A stretch of 64,000 nucleotides of DNA from Candidatus Kaiserbacteria bacterium RIFCSPLOWO2_01_FULL_45_25 (GTDB taxonomy: Bacteria; Patescibacteriota; Minisyncoccia; Phycocordibacterales; UBA918): contig MFLT01000001.1 in the NCBI GenBank assembly GCA_001781415.1, positions 51,600 through 115,599 on the forward strand. The letters are read 5' to 3'. The notes under the pieces were generated by a model. It did no database searches. It worked only from the letters and a program-made list of their open reading frames with translations, and was not told where the DNA came from. Both the position numbers and the translations under genes were made by a program. Shown here in pieces: positions 7,622-16,908 of this stretch. Numbering within the stretch: the stretch's first letter is position 1; each line of letters begins with the position of its first letter.

Positions 7622-9268
7622 ATGGCTAAACAAGTAATTTTCGGAGAAGAAGTAAAGAAGAAGCTACAGAAAGGAGTAGATACGGTAGCAAACGCAGTGA
7701 AAGTCACTCTCGGCCCTCGCGGACGAAACGTCATCTTGGATAAAGGTTACGGTGGTCCAACTATTACCAATGATGGTGTATCTATTGCACGTGAGATTAC
7801 GCTCAAGGATAAGTTTGAGAACATGGGCGCTGAGCTCACCAAAGAAGTAGCCAACAAGACCAATGAACTCGCGGGAGACGGTACAACCACCGCTACGGTA
7901 CTTATGCAGGCCTTGGTAACCGAAGGACTGAAGCAAACCACTATGGGCTTGAACTCAATGGCGGTGCGGACTGGTATGGAGCACGCTGCCGCTGATGTGG
8001 TAGAAGCGCTCCGTGGTATGGCGACCAAGATCAGTTCAATTGATGAAATCAAGCAAGTAGCGACCATCTCAGCTGAAAGCGCTGAGCTCGGTGAAAAAAT
8101 TGCTGAGACTATCGACCGTGTCGGAAAGGACGGAGTGGTGACGGTAGAAGAGTCACAATCATTTGGAATTGAAACTGAATTTACTGAAGGAATGGAATTT
8201 GATAAGGGTTATGTCTCACCGTACATGGTGACAAACCCAGAGCGAATGGAAGCTGAATACAAGAGTGTCCAGATTCTTCTCACTGATAAGAAAATCACTT
8301 CAATTCAAGATATCCTGCCTCTTCTCGAGAAAATCGCTGCTACCGGCAAGAAGGAGTTGGTGATTGTGGCTGACGATGTCGACGGGGAAGCGTTGGCAAC
8401 CTTTGTGGTTAATAAGCTTAAGGGAGGTTTCTCAGTCTTGGCAGTAAAAGCTCCAGGCTATGGTGACCGTAAGAAGGAACTTCTCGCTGACCTCGCTATC
8501 ACAACTGGAGGACAGGTTATCTCTGAAGATCTCGGACTTAAACTCGAAAACACTGAGCTCGCTCAACTCGGACGAGCTGATCGGGTAGTGTCTACTAAGG
8601 ACAGCACGGTAGTAGTTGGTGGAGCTGGTGATAAGAGTGAAATTGCTGCGCGTGTTACAGCCCTTAAGGCTCAACTAGAAACCACTACTTCAAAGTTTGA
8701 TAAAGAAAAGCTTGAAGAAAGAATCGCTAAGCTTTCAGGCGGAGTAGCCGTTATCCGAGTAGGAGCAGCTACCGAAGCTGAGATGAAGTATCTCAAGCTC
8801 AAGATTGAAGATGCGGTAAATGCTACCAAGGCGGCAATTGACGAAGGAATTGTGCCAGGCGGAGGAACTTCTCTTGCACTAGCCGGAGCAATTGTTGAAA
8901 AGGTGATGTTGACTAAGAAGAACCTCAGTCCTGAGGAACTAGTTGGATACAACATCGTGCTCAAGGCACTTGATGTACCACTTAAGCAAATTGCAGACAA
9001 TACCGGAAAGGTAGATGGTTCAGTAATTGTCTCTAAGGTCAAAGAAGCGGGTGGCAACGCTGGTTATGATGCAGCCAAGGGTGAGATGGTGGCTGACATG
9101 ATTAAGGCTGGTATCATCGACCCAGTAAAGGTAGAACGTGCCGGAGTACAACATGCAGTCTCTGCCGCAGGAATTCTCCTCACTACTGAATGCGCGATTG
9201 CGGACGAACCAGAAGAAGGAAAGCCAGCTATGCCGGATATGGGGGGTATGGGCGGAGGAATGTACTAA
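7622..9268 (+). CDS. groEL: Chaperonin GroEL (true start MAKQVIFGEE at 7622; the track ORF 7547.. is an in-frame upstream extension)
   Basis: Canonical GroEL sequence including the C-terminal GGM repeat (MGGMGGGMY). Confidence 0.95.
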   Translation: MAKQVIFGEEVKKKLQKGVDTVANAVKVTLGPRGRNVILDKGYGGPTITNDGVSIAREITLKDKFENMGAELTKEVANKTNELAGDGTTTATVLMQALVTEGLKQTTMGLNSMAVRTGMEHAAADVVEALRGMATKISSIDEIKQVATISAESAELGEKIAETIDRVGKDGVVTVEESQSFGIETEFTEGMEFDKGYVSPYMVTNPERMEAEYKSVQILLTDKKITSIQDILPLLEKIAATGKKELVIVADDVDGEALATFVVNKLKGGFSVLAVKAPGYGDRKKELLADLAITTGGQVISEDLGLKLENTELAQLGRADRVVSTKDSTVVVGGAGDKSEIAARVTALKAQLETTTSKFDKEKLEERIAKLSGGVAVIRVGAATEAEMKYLKLKIEDAVNATKAAIDEGIVPGGGTSLALAGAIVEKVMLTKKNLSPEELVGYNIVLKALDVPLKQIADNTGKVDGSVIVSKVKEAGGNAGYDAAKGEMVADMIKAGIIDPVKVERAGVQHAVSAAGILLTTECAIADEPEEGKPAMPDMGGMGGGMY

Positions 9269-9336
9269 AACCCGCTCTAAACCCTAGCTACTTTGTTGCT
9301 TCCTGCACTAAAACATTCATCGTATACAAATACGCC

Positions 9337-9377
9337 TCATGTTTTCGTTCAGTCGCGCCTCGTATCTAGAGGTTTAT
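9337..9377. repeat. 41-bp conserved motif, copy 1 (TCATGTTTTCGTTCAGTCGCGCCTCGTATCTAGAGGTTTAT), second copy at 40544-40584
   Basis: 33 of 37 core positions identical between copies; both lie about 80-120 bp upstream of a TGTGATATAAT extended -10 element. Confidence 0.5.
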
Positions 9378-9423
9378 AGACAAGTTTTAGTTAGAGTGAA
9401 AGAGCAATATAAAGATAGCAAAA

Positions 9424-9448
9424 AGCCTGGTCTAGACCAGGCTTTTTG
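9424..9448 (+). terminator. Rho-independent terminator after groEL
   Basis: AGCCTGGTCTAGACCAGGCT hairpin plus TTTTT. Confidence 0.7.
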
Positions 9449-9518
9449 CTATCTAAAGTAACTTTTGTGATATAATTTAAGCGCTTAAAAGCAAACGGTA
9501 ATAACGTAACTAAAATTT

Positions 9519-10097
9519 ATGACTTGGATTATTATTTCGATAGTAGGAGTAGTGGTGGTGTACGTTATCTTTGCGTACAACCATTTCGTTCGCCTAACAC
9601 AACGAACCAAAGAAGCATGGGCTGATATAGATGTGCAGCTCAAGCGTCGTTATGACCTTATCCCAAACTTGATTGAAACAGTTAAGGGATATGCCGCCCA
9701 TGAACGAGGAGTTTTTGAAGAAGTGACCAATGCCCGAGCCAAGGCAACTCAGATTCACGTTGACCCAAGTAACATCACTGCGGAACAAATCACAGCCATG
9801 GCTGGTGCAGAATCAGCCCTTGGTGCTTCACTAGGTAAATTGCTCGCAGTAGCAGAAGCCTACCCAGACCTCAAGGCCAACCAAAACTTCGCACAGCTCC
9901 AGACAGAACTTACAGACACTGAAAACAAGATTCAAGCTGCACGTCGTTTCTATAACGGTAATGTCCGTGACCTGAAGATTGCACTCCAATCATTCCCTTC
10001 AAATATTGTTGGAAGTACTTTCAACTTCAAAGAAGAACAATTCTTTGAACTAGCTGAGGGAAGTGAGGAACGAGAACCAGTTAAGGTTAGCTTCTAA
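9519..10097 (+). CDS. lemA: LemA family protein
   Basis: N-terminal TM helix plus conserved LemA region (RRYDLIPNLIETVKGYAAHE). Confidence 0.8.
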   Translation: MTWIIISIVGVVVVYVIFAYNHFVRLTQRTKEAWADIDVQLKRRYDLIPNLIETVKGYAAHERGVFEEVTNARAKATQIHVDPSNITAEQITAMAGAESALGASLGKLLAVAEAYPDLKANQNFAQLQTELTDTENKIQAARRFYNGNVRDLKIALQSFPSNIVGSTFNFKEEQFFELAEGSEEREPVKVSF

Positions 10098-10108
10098 CAA
10101 TCTCTATC

Positions 10109-10492
10109 ATGTCTGACATATCTCGCATCTATTACAACAAACTTGTCCGGGACAATATTCCAGACAAGATTACGTCCAAGGGTGAACAGTGTGAGGTAAG
10201 GCAGATTAATGATGTTCAAGAGTTTCAGCAAGAATTGTTTAAGAAGATACGAGAGGAGGCTACTGCTCTCTCAATGGCTCGCACCAAAAAAGATTTTTTG
10301 GGAGAATACTCAGATTTAATGGCGGTGTTTGAGGCTATCATTGAGCAGCTAGAAATTACTCCCGAAGAAATCCTGGCCGCCAGAGAAGAAAACAATCTCA
10401 AGAAAGGTGGCTACAAACATCAGCACTTCTTGATTTGGTCTGAAGATACAGACTACCAATCAAACGAAACTCCACAAGGAATATCAAATTAA
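10109..10492 (+). CDS. Small all-alpha NTP pyrophosphohydrolase-like protein (MazG/HisE-like), tentative
   Basis: KLVRDNIPD N-terminal motif and helical EExxE-rich core resembling MazG/PRA-PH family. Confidence 0.35.
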   Translation: MSDISRIYYNKLVRDNIPDKITSKGEQCEVRQINDVQEFQQELFKKIREEATALSMARTKKDFLGEYSDLMAVFEAIIEQLEITPEEILAAREENNLKKGGYKHQHFLIWSEDTDYQSNETPQGISN

Positions 10493-10532
10493 TTATTGAT
10501 ATATAACAAAACCCAGTCTCAACGACTGGGTT

Positions 10533-12227
10533 TTGTTATATACTAATGTTATGCGTACTTTCTTTGTGGCGGTGTTCAGTTTTTTATTCTTTACATTACC
10601 GGGAGTAGTCTTGGCTGAGGAGATTATTAGTTTCTCTGTGGAGTACCAAATAAACGCTGACGCTTCAGTCGATGTAGAAGAAACGATTGTGTATGATTTT
10701 GAATCTGAGTATCGTCACGGAATTTTTCGGACAATTAAAACTGCTCATGCCGAGCCAGCTACCGTCTGGTACAAAAATCGCTCGGTAGAAATAACCGATA
10801 TCATGGTCGAGCAGAACGGGGAACCAGTACCATTTGAAGTTAGTGGTGGAAGTAGTCGCGAGATTAAAATCGGTGATCCAGATACTACTATCACTGGCTC
10901 CCATGTATACAGTATTAGCTACACTTTAGTTGGCGCTTTGTCGTACTTGAGTGGTGACGAAGTAGAGTTTTACTGGAATGTCACTGGAAATGAGTGGCCT
11001 GTCTTTATGCAAGAGGTGGCAGTCACCGCTAGTAGTGAAAGTCCAATTGTATCAAGTAGCTGCTATGTAGGTGAATTTGGTTCTACTGATGCTTGTACAG
11101 CGCCACAGCCTCATATATATCTAACAAACAATCTTCCAGCTGGAGCGGGAGTTACTGTGGCGTACCTGTTGTCGGCAGAGAATATGCCAGTAGTAGTGAA
11201 TGAAGAAATTAATTACATACCGTTCTTACTCGGACTCTTTGCGGTAGCGCTCGTGGGTATGATTGCTCACGTCTGGCGGCATCAGACTTACCATCACAAG
11301 GATAGACCAGTAATTGCCGAGTATGAGCCGTATCCTGGAACGACACCCATGATGGCTGGCGTACTATTTGACGATAATCTAGACGCCAAAGATATTTCGG
11401 CTGGGGTAGTGTATTTAGCTGAACAAGGTTTCCTTAAAATTAAAAAGACTGAGCATAAAGTCGCGTGGCTCTTTGACGTCACTGATTATGAAGTGGAGTT
11501 GCTAAAGTCCGTTAGTGAAATACCGGGTGAGTTTTTACCAAAAGTAATTTCACTCTTCTTTAAAGATAGTGTTGAGGTGGGTACAGTAGTGGCGCTCTCA
11601 AGTATTAAGAATGACAATGCCAAAAAGCAGAGTAATGCAGTCATCTTATCTGAACTCAACACGGCTATTCGAGCGGACTTACGCCAGAGCGGTTTCTTTG
11701 AAAACGAAACGTATACCTTCTCAACCTTCATGATTCCAAGTGCGGCATTAGCTGCTGCTATATTCCTAGGAACGATTAATGTAATTCCTGTTTCGGTTGT
11801 AGTGTTCTTGGGTGCGGTATACCTACTGTGGCTTATCAGTGTGGCCATCAAACACCGCAGACGAACCGCCAAAGGTTATGAGGCGATGTATCACCTCAAG
11901 GGATTCAAACACTTCTTATCTGTGACTGATAAAGAGCGTTTTGATTTCCATAATGCGCCCGAACGGAGTCCAGAGCAGTTTATGCAGTATCTCCCGTACG
12001 CGATTGCGTTTGGTGTAGAGGAGAAGTGGGCTGCCGTGTTTGCTGATATGCAAATTTCTAACCCAAGTTGGTATGAAGGTAACGGAGCCCATGGCGCTTT
12101 TGCGGCCGGTGCGTTTACTCACGACTTAACTTCATTTACCAGTGCTGTGACCACATCAACTCAAGCTTCATCTGGTGGTGGTAGTTCAGGCGGTGGCGGG
12201 GGAGGCGGAGGTGGTGGTAGCTGGTGA
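10533..12227 (+). CDS. DUF2207-type membrane protein with C-terminal poly-Gly tail
   Basis: Signal peptide, large N-terminal domain, TM helices, C-terminal SSGGGSSGGGGGGGGGGSW; sits next to LemA, the usual LemA-DUF2207 pairing. Confidence 0.5.
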   Translation: MLYTNVMRTFFVAVFSFLFFTLPGVVLAEEIISFSVEYQINADASVDVEETIVYDFESEYRHGIFRTIKTAHAEPATVWYKNRSVEITDIMVEQNGEPVPFEVSGGSSREIKIGDPDTTITGSHVYSISYTLVGALSYLSGDEVEFYWNVTGNEWPVFMQEVAVTASSESPIVSSSCYVGEFGSTDACTAPQPHIYLTNNLPAGAGVTVAYLLSAENMPVVVNEEINYIPFLLGLFAVALVGMIAHVWRHQTYHHKDRPVIAEYEPYPGTTPMMAGVLFDDNLDAKDISAGVVYLAEQGFLKIKKTEHKVAWLFDVTDYEVELLKSVSEIPGEFLPKVISLFFKDSVEVGTVVALSSIKNDNAKKQSNAVILSELNTAIRADLRQSGFFENETYTFSTFMIPSAALAAAIFLGTINVIPVSVVVFLGAVYLLWLISVAIKHRRRTAKGYEAMYHLKGFKHFLSVTDKERFDFHNAPERSPEQFMQYLPYAIAFGVEEKWAAVFADMQISNPSWYEGNGAHGAFAAGAFTHDLTSFTSAVTTSTQASSGGGSSGGGGGGGGGGSW

Positions 12228-12275
12228 CCTAGTCTTTATCTATTTGGTGGTTTTGCGTTATACTACTCTCTACAT

Positions 12276-13172
12276 ATGGCTACCTTATATACACACCAAG
12301 CGAGTAATGTTCGAAAGACGTGGTTTTTAATGACCGGATTTTTGGTCACAATTGTAGCCATTGGCTACGCTGCTTCCTGGTACATGGGTAATCCATCCCT
12401 CATCTACATAGCGTTTGGTTTTGCAATTCTAATGAATATCGGTAGTTACTGGTTTTCAGACAAGCTAGTACTTAGTATGACTGGCGCTCGCCTAGCTACT
12501 AAGGAAGAAGCGAGAGAGCTGTACAATGTGGTTGAGAATCTTTCAATCACCGCGGGCCTCCCAATGCCAAAGGTTTATATTGTAGAAGACCCGTCGCCAA
12601 ACGCCTTTGCAACTGGTCGCGACCCTGAGCATGCAGTAGTAGCGGCTACTACTGGTTTGCTACAAATCCTTGATCGAAACGAACTTGAAGGCGTGATGGC
12701 TCATGAGTTATCACACGTTGGTAACCGAGACATGCTCGTTATGACTGTGGCTGTGGTACTGGCTGGTTTTGTGGCCATGCTCGCAGACTTTCTGTCTCGT
12801 TCTATGTTTATGGGTGGAAACGATCGTGACCGTAGTCCTATTTTCTTGATACTAGGTATCGCTGGCATCATCCTTGCTCCGATTGCAGCCAAGATGATTC
12901 AACTCGCTATCTCACGTAAGCGTGAGTACTTGGCTGATGCTTCTGCAGCTCTTCTTACTCGCTACCCAGAAGGCCTCGCTTCAGCACTGGAGAAAATCAG
13001 TAGCTCACATCGTCCGATGAAGCGTGCCTCTCACGCCACTGCCCATCTATTTATCTCAGACCCATATGCAGCTGAAGGCAAACGTTCCTTCGGCGAAAAG
13101 CTGAGTAGTCTATTTGCAACTCATCCACCAGCAGCTGACCGCATCCGCCTTCTTCGCGAAATGGGGAAGTAG
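12276..13172 (+). CDS. htpX: Zinc metalloprotease HtpX (M48 family)
   Basis: HELSHVGNRD (HExxH) motif, 4 TM helices, 298 aa. Confidence 0.8.
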   Translation: MATLYTHQASNVRKTWFLMTGFLVTIVAIGYAASWYMGNPSLIYIAFGFAILMNIGSYWFSDKLVLSMTGARLATKEEARELYNVVENLSITAGLPMPKVYIVEDPSPNAFATGRDPEHAVVAATTGLLQILDRNELEGVMAHELSHVGNRDMLVMTVAVVLAGFVAMLADFLSRSMFMGGNDRDRSPIFLILGIAGIILAPIAAKMIQLAISRKREYLADASAALLTRYPEGLASALEKISSSHRPMKRASHATAHLFISDPYAAEGKRSFGEKLSSLFATHPPAADRIRLLREMGK

Positions 13173-13185
13173 GAGAGGTGATTAC

Positions 13186-13272
13186 GGAGGGGTGGCAGAG
13201 TGGTTGAACGCGCTACCTTGGAAAGGTAGTATATGCGAAAGCGTATCGGGAGTTCGAATCTCCCTCCCTCCG
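13186..13272 (+). tRNA. tRNA-Ser (anticodon GGA), type II with long variable arm
   Basis: Acceptor GGAGGGG/TCCCTCC, anticodon stem CTACC/GGTAG with loop TTGGAAA (GGA), variable arm TATATGCGAAAGCGTATC, T-arm GGGAGTTCGAATCTCCC. Confidence 0.8.
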
Positions 13273-13470
13273 CAGAGAACGAAGTGAGTAAGAAAAGGGA
13301 TTAATTAATGAAAAAGTAAAAGATTTTTCATGATTGTTGTCTGAATTACAACTTGGACAGCAACATATTTTCAATGTCACGGATAGATTGACAAAACACA
13401 AAGAATGTAGTTTATTAGCGGTAGATTACACTTCTTTTACAACTGAATATCATATCGGAGAAACAAACTC

Positions 13471-14613
13471 ATGGTACTAGACATTTGTGTCGTGGTCCCT
13501 GCGCGGAATGAAGCAGCGGTGATTGAAGCTACTTTGCGTAGTCTCATCGCTGCTGGAATACCGCCAGGGCACATCTATCTGGTGGACGATTGTTCATCAG
13601 ACAACACTGGTGATATCGGGCGAACGCTCGGTGTCATTGTGCTACGAAACGACCCCAACTTGGGCAAGGCTCACGCTATTGCTCGGGCGGTCGGAATGTT
13701 CAAGCTCAATGAGCGCTTTGAACTGATTTCGCTCATGGATGCAGACACAATCGTCAACGAAGATTATTTCGCAGTAATGCGGAAGGCTTTCGACGATTCG
13801 GAGGTAGTTACAGCGTGTGGTCGACATAAAAGTCGTCCCTGTAACTGGATCACTGCCTATCGTGCGTACGGCTACAGCTTCACCCACTTTGTCTACCGTG
13901 GTGCTCAGAGCAAGATGCGTGTCATCAATGTGGCGCCGGGGTGTTCAACAACCTATCGGTCCTCAATTTGGCATAAGCTTGATTGGAACAAAGATACGAT
14001 CGTTGAGGATATGGACGTAACAATCCAGATTCACAAAAACAAGCTCGGCCGTATTGTGTACGTACCTGACGCTATTGTGCACACCCAGGACCCGCAAACA
14101 TTGGCTGACTACGGAAAGCAAATGTTCCGCTGGAATACTGGATCTTGGCAGGTAATCAAAAAACACAAGCTGTTTGGCTTCAAGAGCAAGATTGACTGGG
14201 AGTGCGCATTTCTCTTCGGAGAAGGGTTGCTATTTTCGTCTCTCTACCTCTTGCTGCCGCTCTTGTTGCTATACGACGTGTTTTACGACATGCCGTACAG
14301 TTTTCGCTTCGGCTATATGGCCCTGATTGATGCTGGGTTCTCGTTCGTTATTGCGCTTTTTGTGGCCGCAGCTGAACGTCGGAAGGATATCCTCTTTTCG
14401 GCACCGCTGTTTCCATTGATGCGTGTCTTTGATGCTTGGCTTTTTATTAAAGGATTCTGGAAGGTCATTATTCGCAGACAAGCGGTAACCACTTGGTTTA
14501 CCCCGGCCCGCTACATACAGGAGAAAATTGAATGGAAAAGTGCTTTACTCTCATCGTGGCGTTCGTTACTTTCGTTTTCGGCTTTGCGGCACCTGCTTCG
14601 GCAGAGGTTGTAA
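13471..14613 (+). CDS. Family 2 glycosyltransferase, processive membrane type (PgaC/IcaA/NodC-like poly-N-acetylglucosamine synthase)
   Basis: DDCSSD..., DAD motif, QMFRW (QxxRW) motif, C-terminal TM helices; GC about 50%, above the local background. Confidence 0.75.
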   Translation: MVLDICVVVPARNEAAVIEATLRSLIAAGIPPGHIYLVDDCSSDNTGDIGRTLGVIVLRNDPNLGKAHAIARAVGMFKLNERFELISLMDADTIVNEDYFAVMRKAFDDSEVVTACGRHKSRPCNWITAYRAYGYSFTHFVYRGAQSKMRVINVAPGCSTTYRSSIWHKLDWNKDTIVEDMDVTIQIHKNKLGRIVYVPDAIVHTQDPQTLADYGKQMFRWNTGSWQVIKKHKLFGFKSKIDWECAFLFGEGLLFSSLYLLLPLLLLYDVFYDMPYSFRFGYMALIDAGFSFVIALFVAAAERRKDILFSAPLFPLMRVFDAWLFIKGFWKVIIRRQAVTTWFTPARYIQEKIEWKSALLSSWRSLLSFSALRHLLRQRL

Positions 14614-15287
14614 AGAAGCCGTATGCGGTCGTGACCTTCACCTTCGACGACGCTCCCCGGAGTGTCTATACGCAGGCTTATCCGCTCCTTAAAGCGGTTG
14701 GCCTGCCGGCCACCATCTACCTTTCAACAGGGTTCGTTGAAGTGTATGGTTATATCAAATGGACAGACATCAAAGAGCTCGAAGCTAACGGCTGGGAAAT
14801 TGGTGCGCATACCCATACGCACGCAGACCTGACCAAACTTGCGCCGGGTGACATGGTGACAGAAATAGCGAAATCTCAGCAGCTCTTCAGTGAGCATGGG
14901 TATCGTCCCGTTTCTTTTTCTGCGCCATATGGTGAATATGGTGAGCGCGAGCTCACGGAACTCAAGAGGGTCTACAGCAGCAATCGCGCCGCCTGGGGCA
15001 ATGGTGGCATCAACAACTACCACAACCGTGACGCCTACAACTTGGTGTCTCTCGGGGTAACGCTCGAGACAACACTTGATGAAGTGCAGAAGCAAATAAA
15101 AGCTATCAAAAAAGATGGCGGCTGGCTGATTTTGCAGTTTCATCAAATCGACAATGGGCAAAACGAGCCAATGGCTTTTTCAAAGGAGAGTATCTTTACC
15201 ACGAAAATTTTCCCGGAAATTCTGAAAATTATTTTGAAAGAGGAGGTGCCGGTTCGTACCGTTCGTGACATCATCGAAAACCCGTAA
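14532..15287 (+). CDS. Polysaccharide deacetylase (CE4 / NodB domain; PgaB/IcaB-like), secreted
   Basis: Signal peptide, TFTFDDAP (TFDDG-type) motif, His-rich metal site; overlaps the GT2 gene by 82 nt in another frame. Confidence 0.7.
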   Translation: MEKCFTLIVAFVTFVFGFAAPASAEVVKKPYAVVTFTFDDAPRSVYTQAYPLLKAVGLPATIYLSTGFVEVYGYIKWTDIKELEANGWEIGAHTHTHADLTKLAPGDMVTEIAKSQQLFSEHGYRPVSFSAPYGEYGERELTELKRVYSSNRAAWGNGGINNYHNRDAYNLVSLGVTLETTLDEVQKQIKAIKKDGGWLILQFHQIDNGQNEPMAFSKESIFTTKIFPEILKIILKEEVPVRTVRDIIENP

Positions 15288-15304
15288 ACAGTCAAGGAAT
15301 TCAC

Positions 15305-16036
15305 ATGAAAAAGTTTTTGTCTCTCATGGCCACTTTGCTGGCCTTTGCTTTCTACATGCAACCCGCGTTTGCGGACGGCAGTACCTGGGGTTCGATCGAG
15401 AACTCGCCGGCCGAGGACGACAACGTCATCGGTACGGCCTACGCGGAAAAGAGCTGGCCGGTCTTGCAAAAAGACAAGCTGAAGCTCTCGCCGTTCCTGA
15501 GCGGCATGGTCGTCGTCGATGACAAGGGCTACAACTGGAACAACAAGGCCGTCGCGCGAGCTGGCGGCAAGTTGGACTACCAAGTCGGACCCTTGGGCAC
15601 TCTGACGTTCCGCCTCGGCGCGGCCTACGAACATCAGTTCAAATCTGGTGACTCGTATACCGAACCATTCGCATCGGCCGAGTACTGGTTTGGTTGGGGC
15701 TACGGCACCAGCTTGCCCGGCTCGTCCTGGGGGGTGGTCGGCAATACCTCTCCTTCGGAAAAGGGGAACGTGATTGCCATGGTCCATGCCGAACAGGGGT
15801 TTCTGGCGTTCAATGCAGGCAAAGGAAGGGTCACACCTTTCATTGACTTCACGATCGCCCGGGATACCAAGGACTTCGTCTGGAACAACAAAGAGGTCTA
15901 TGGCCTCGGCGTGAAGTACGTTCATCCCGTCGGCAACGGCGTGGTGAATGTCGGCACCAAGTACCAGCACGAAGAACGTGAGGCGGGCCGCGGAAGCGGC
16001 GCTGTCTTGTTTCTGACCTACTGGTTCCCACTGTAA
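15305..16036 (+). CDS. High-GC (about 60%) secreted protein, Gly/aromatic-rich with C-terminal ...FLTYWFPL; outer-membrane beta-barrel-like
   Basis: Signal peptide ending AFA-DG; strongly GC3-biased codons unlike the rest of the window; C-terminal aromatic residues. Confidence 0.5.
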   Translation: MKKFLSLMATLLAFAFYMQPAFADGSTWGSIENSPAEDDNVIGTAYAEKSWPVLQKDKLKLSPFLSGMVVVDDKGYNWNNKAVARAGGKLDYQVGPLGTLTFRLGAAYEHQFKSGDSYTEPFASAEYWFGWGYGTSLPGSSWGVVGNTSPSEKGNVIAMVHAEQGFLAFNAGKGRVTPFIDFTIARDTKDFVWNNKEVYGLGVKYVHPVGNGVVNVGTKYQHEEREAGRGSGAVLFLTYWFPL

Positions 16037-16055
16037 GAAAAGGAAGGAAGTCATC

Positions 16056-16805
16056 ATGAGCTCAATCATTGGAGGTGCTTGGTCCACCGCCTGTCACCTC
16101 TTCGTCCAATACCCGTTCACTACTGCCTGCGCCGTTGTCCTTGGGGTCGGAACGTATAACGTCCTGACCGATGAACAAAAGGCCGAATGCAACAAGATTG
16201 TCGCGGCCTGCCAAACGGTACCCACTCCGCCACCACCTGTGGTCATTGCGCCTGTTGCCCCTCCGGCACCGGTCGTGGTGGTCCCGGCCAAGCCGGCGGT
16301 GGTTGACCCGTGCGCTGATGCGCCGGTGATGACCACTGCCGACCTGTTCGTTTCGACGGGCAAGCCCTTCCTGTGGAAGAACCCGGGCATCGATCCGGTT
16401 CGTGGCAAGGCTCCTGGGCCCTACCTCGCGCAGTTGAAGTTCACTCCGGCCGAGCAGGCGATTTTCCTCAAGAAGATCGCCGAGCAGGACGGGGAGGTGA
16501 TCAACCTCAAGAAGGGTGATGTCATCGGGCTCATGACCAGCGGGTCGGGCAAGCTGAAGACCAACACCACGGTGGCCTTCGACCCGGTCTTCCGGACGAC
16601 GGGCAGCGGCGACTACAAGAACGACGGCCGGATGCGGATTTACATCCACGAACAGCATGTTCGCCTGAATGGCGACTGCGTGCTGAGGCAGATGGTTCTC
16701 CTCGAACCGTTCGTCTGCCAGAACTGGTCTCGTATCTCCGACATGATTTCGCCCCTGCGGCGCGTACCCGACGCTGTCACTCCGGCGACCAAAGAAGCGA
16801 AGTAA
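16056..16805 (+). CDS. High-GC (about 62%) hypothetical protein with Pro/Val-rich linker
   Basis: N-terminal hydrophobic segment, PPPVVIAPVAPPAPVVVVPAKP linker, foreign codon usage. Confidence 0.45.
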   Translation: MSSIIGGAWSTACHLFVQYPFTTACAVVLGVGTYNVLTDEQKAECNKIVAACQTVPTPPPPVVIAPVAPPAPVVVVPAKPAVVDPCADAPVMTTADLFVSTGKPFLWKNPGIDPVRGKAPGPYLAQLKFTPAEQAIFLKKIAEQDGEVINLKKGDVIGLMTSGSGKLKTNTTVAFDPVFRTTGSGDYKNDGRMRIYIHEQHVRLNGDCVLRQMVLLEPFVCQNWSRISDMISPLRRVPDAVTPATKEAK

Positions 16806-16826
16806 AAGTTCTTTGACCGCCCGCCC

Positions 16827-16858
16827 CCGCCGTGCCTAACAAGCACGGCGGTTTTTTT
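16827..16858 (+). terminator. Strong rho-independent terminator closing the GC-rich segment
   Basis: CCGCCGTGC-ctaacaa-GCACGGCGG plus TTTTTTT. Confidence 0.8.
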
Positions 16859-16908
16859 ATATCTAGAACGATAGAAGATGTAGTATACTAAGCACAATAA
16901 AGCTACAT

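Noticed and set aside
13213-13401. 62-aa minus-strand ORF
   Set aside because: It overlaps the tRNA-Ser gene; spurious.
15143-16087. 314-aa minus-strand ORF across the high-GC segment
   Set aside because: It is antisense to two plus-strand genes that have signal peptides and sensible architecture; long stop-free antisense frames are expected in 60% GC DNA.
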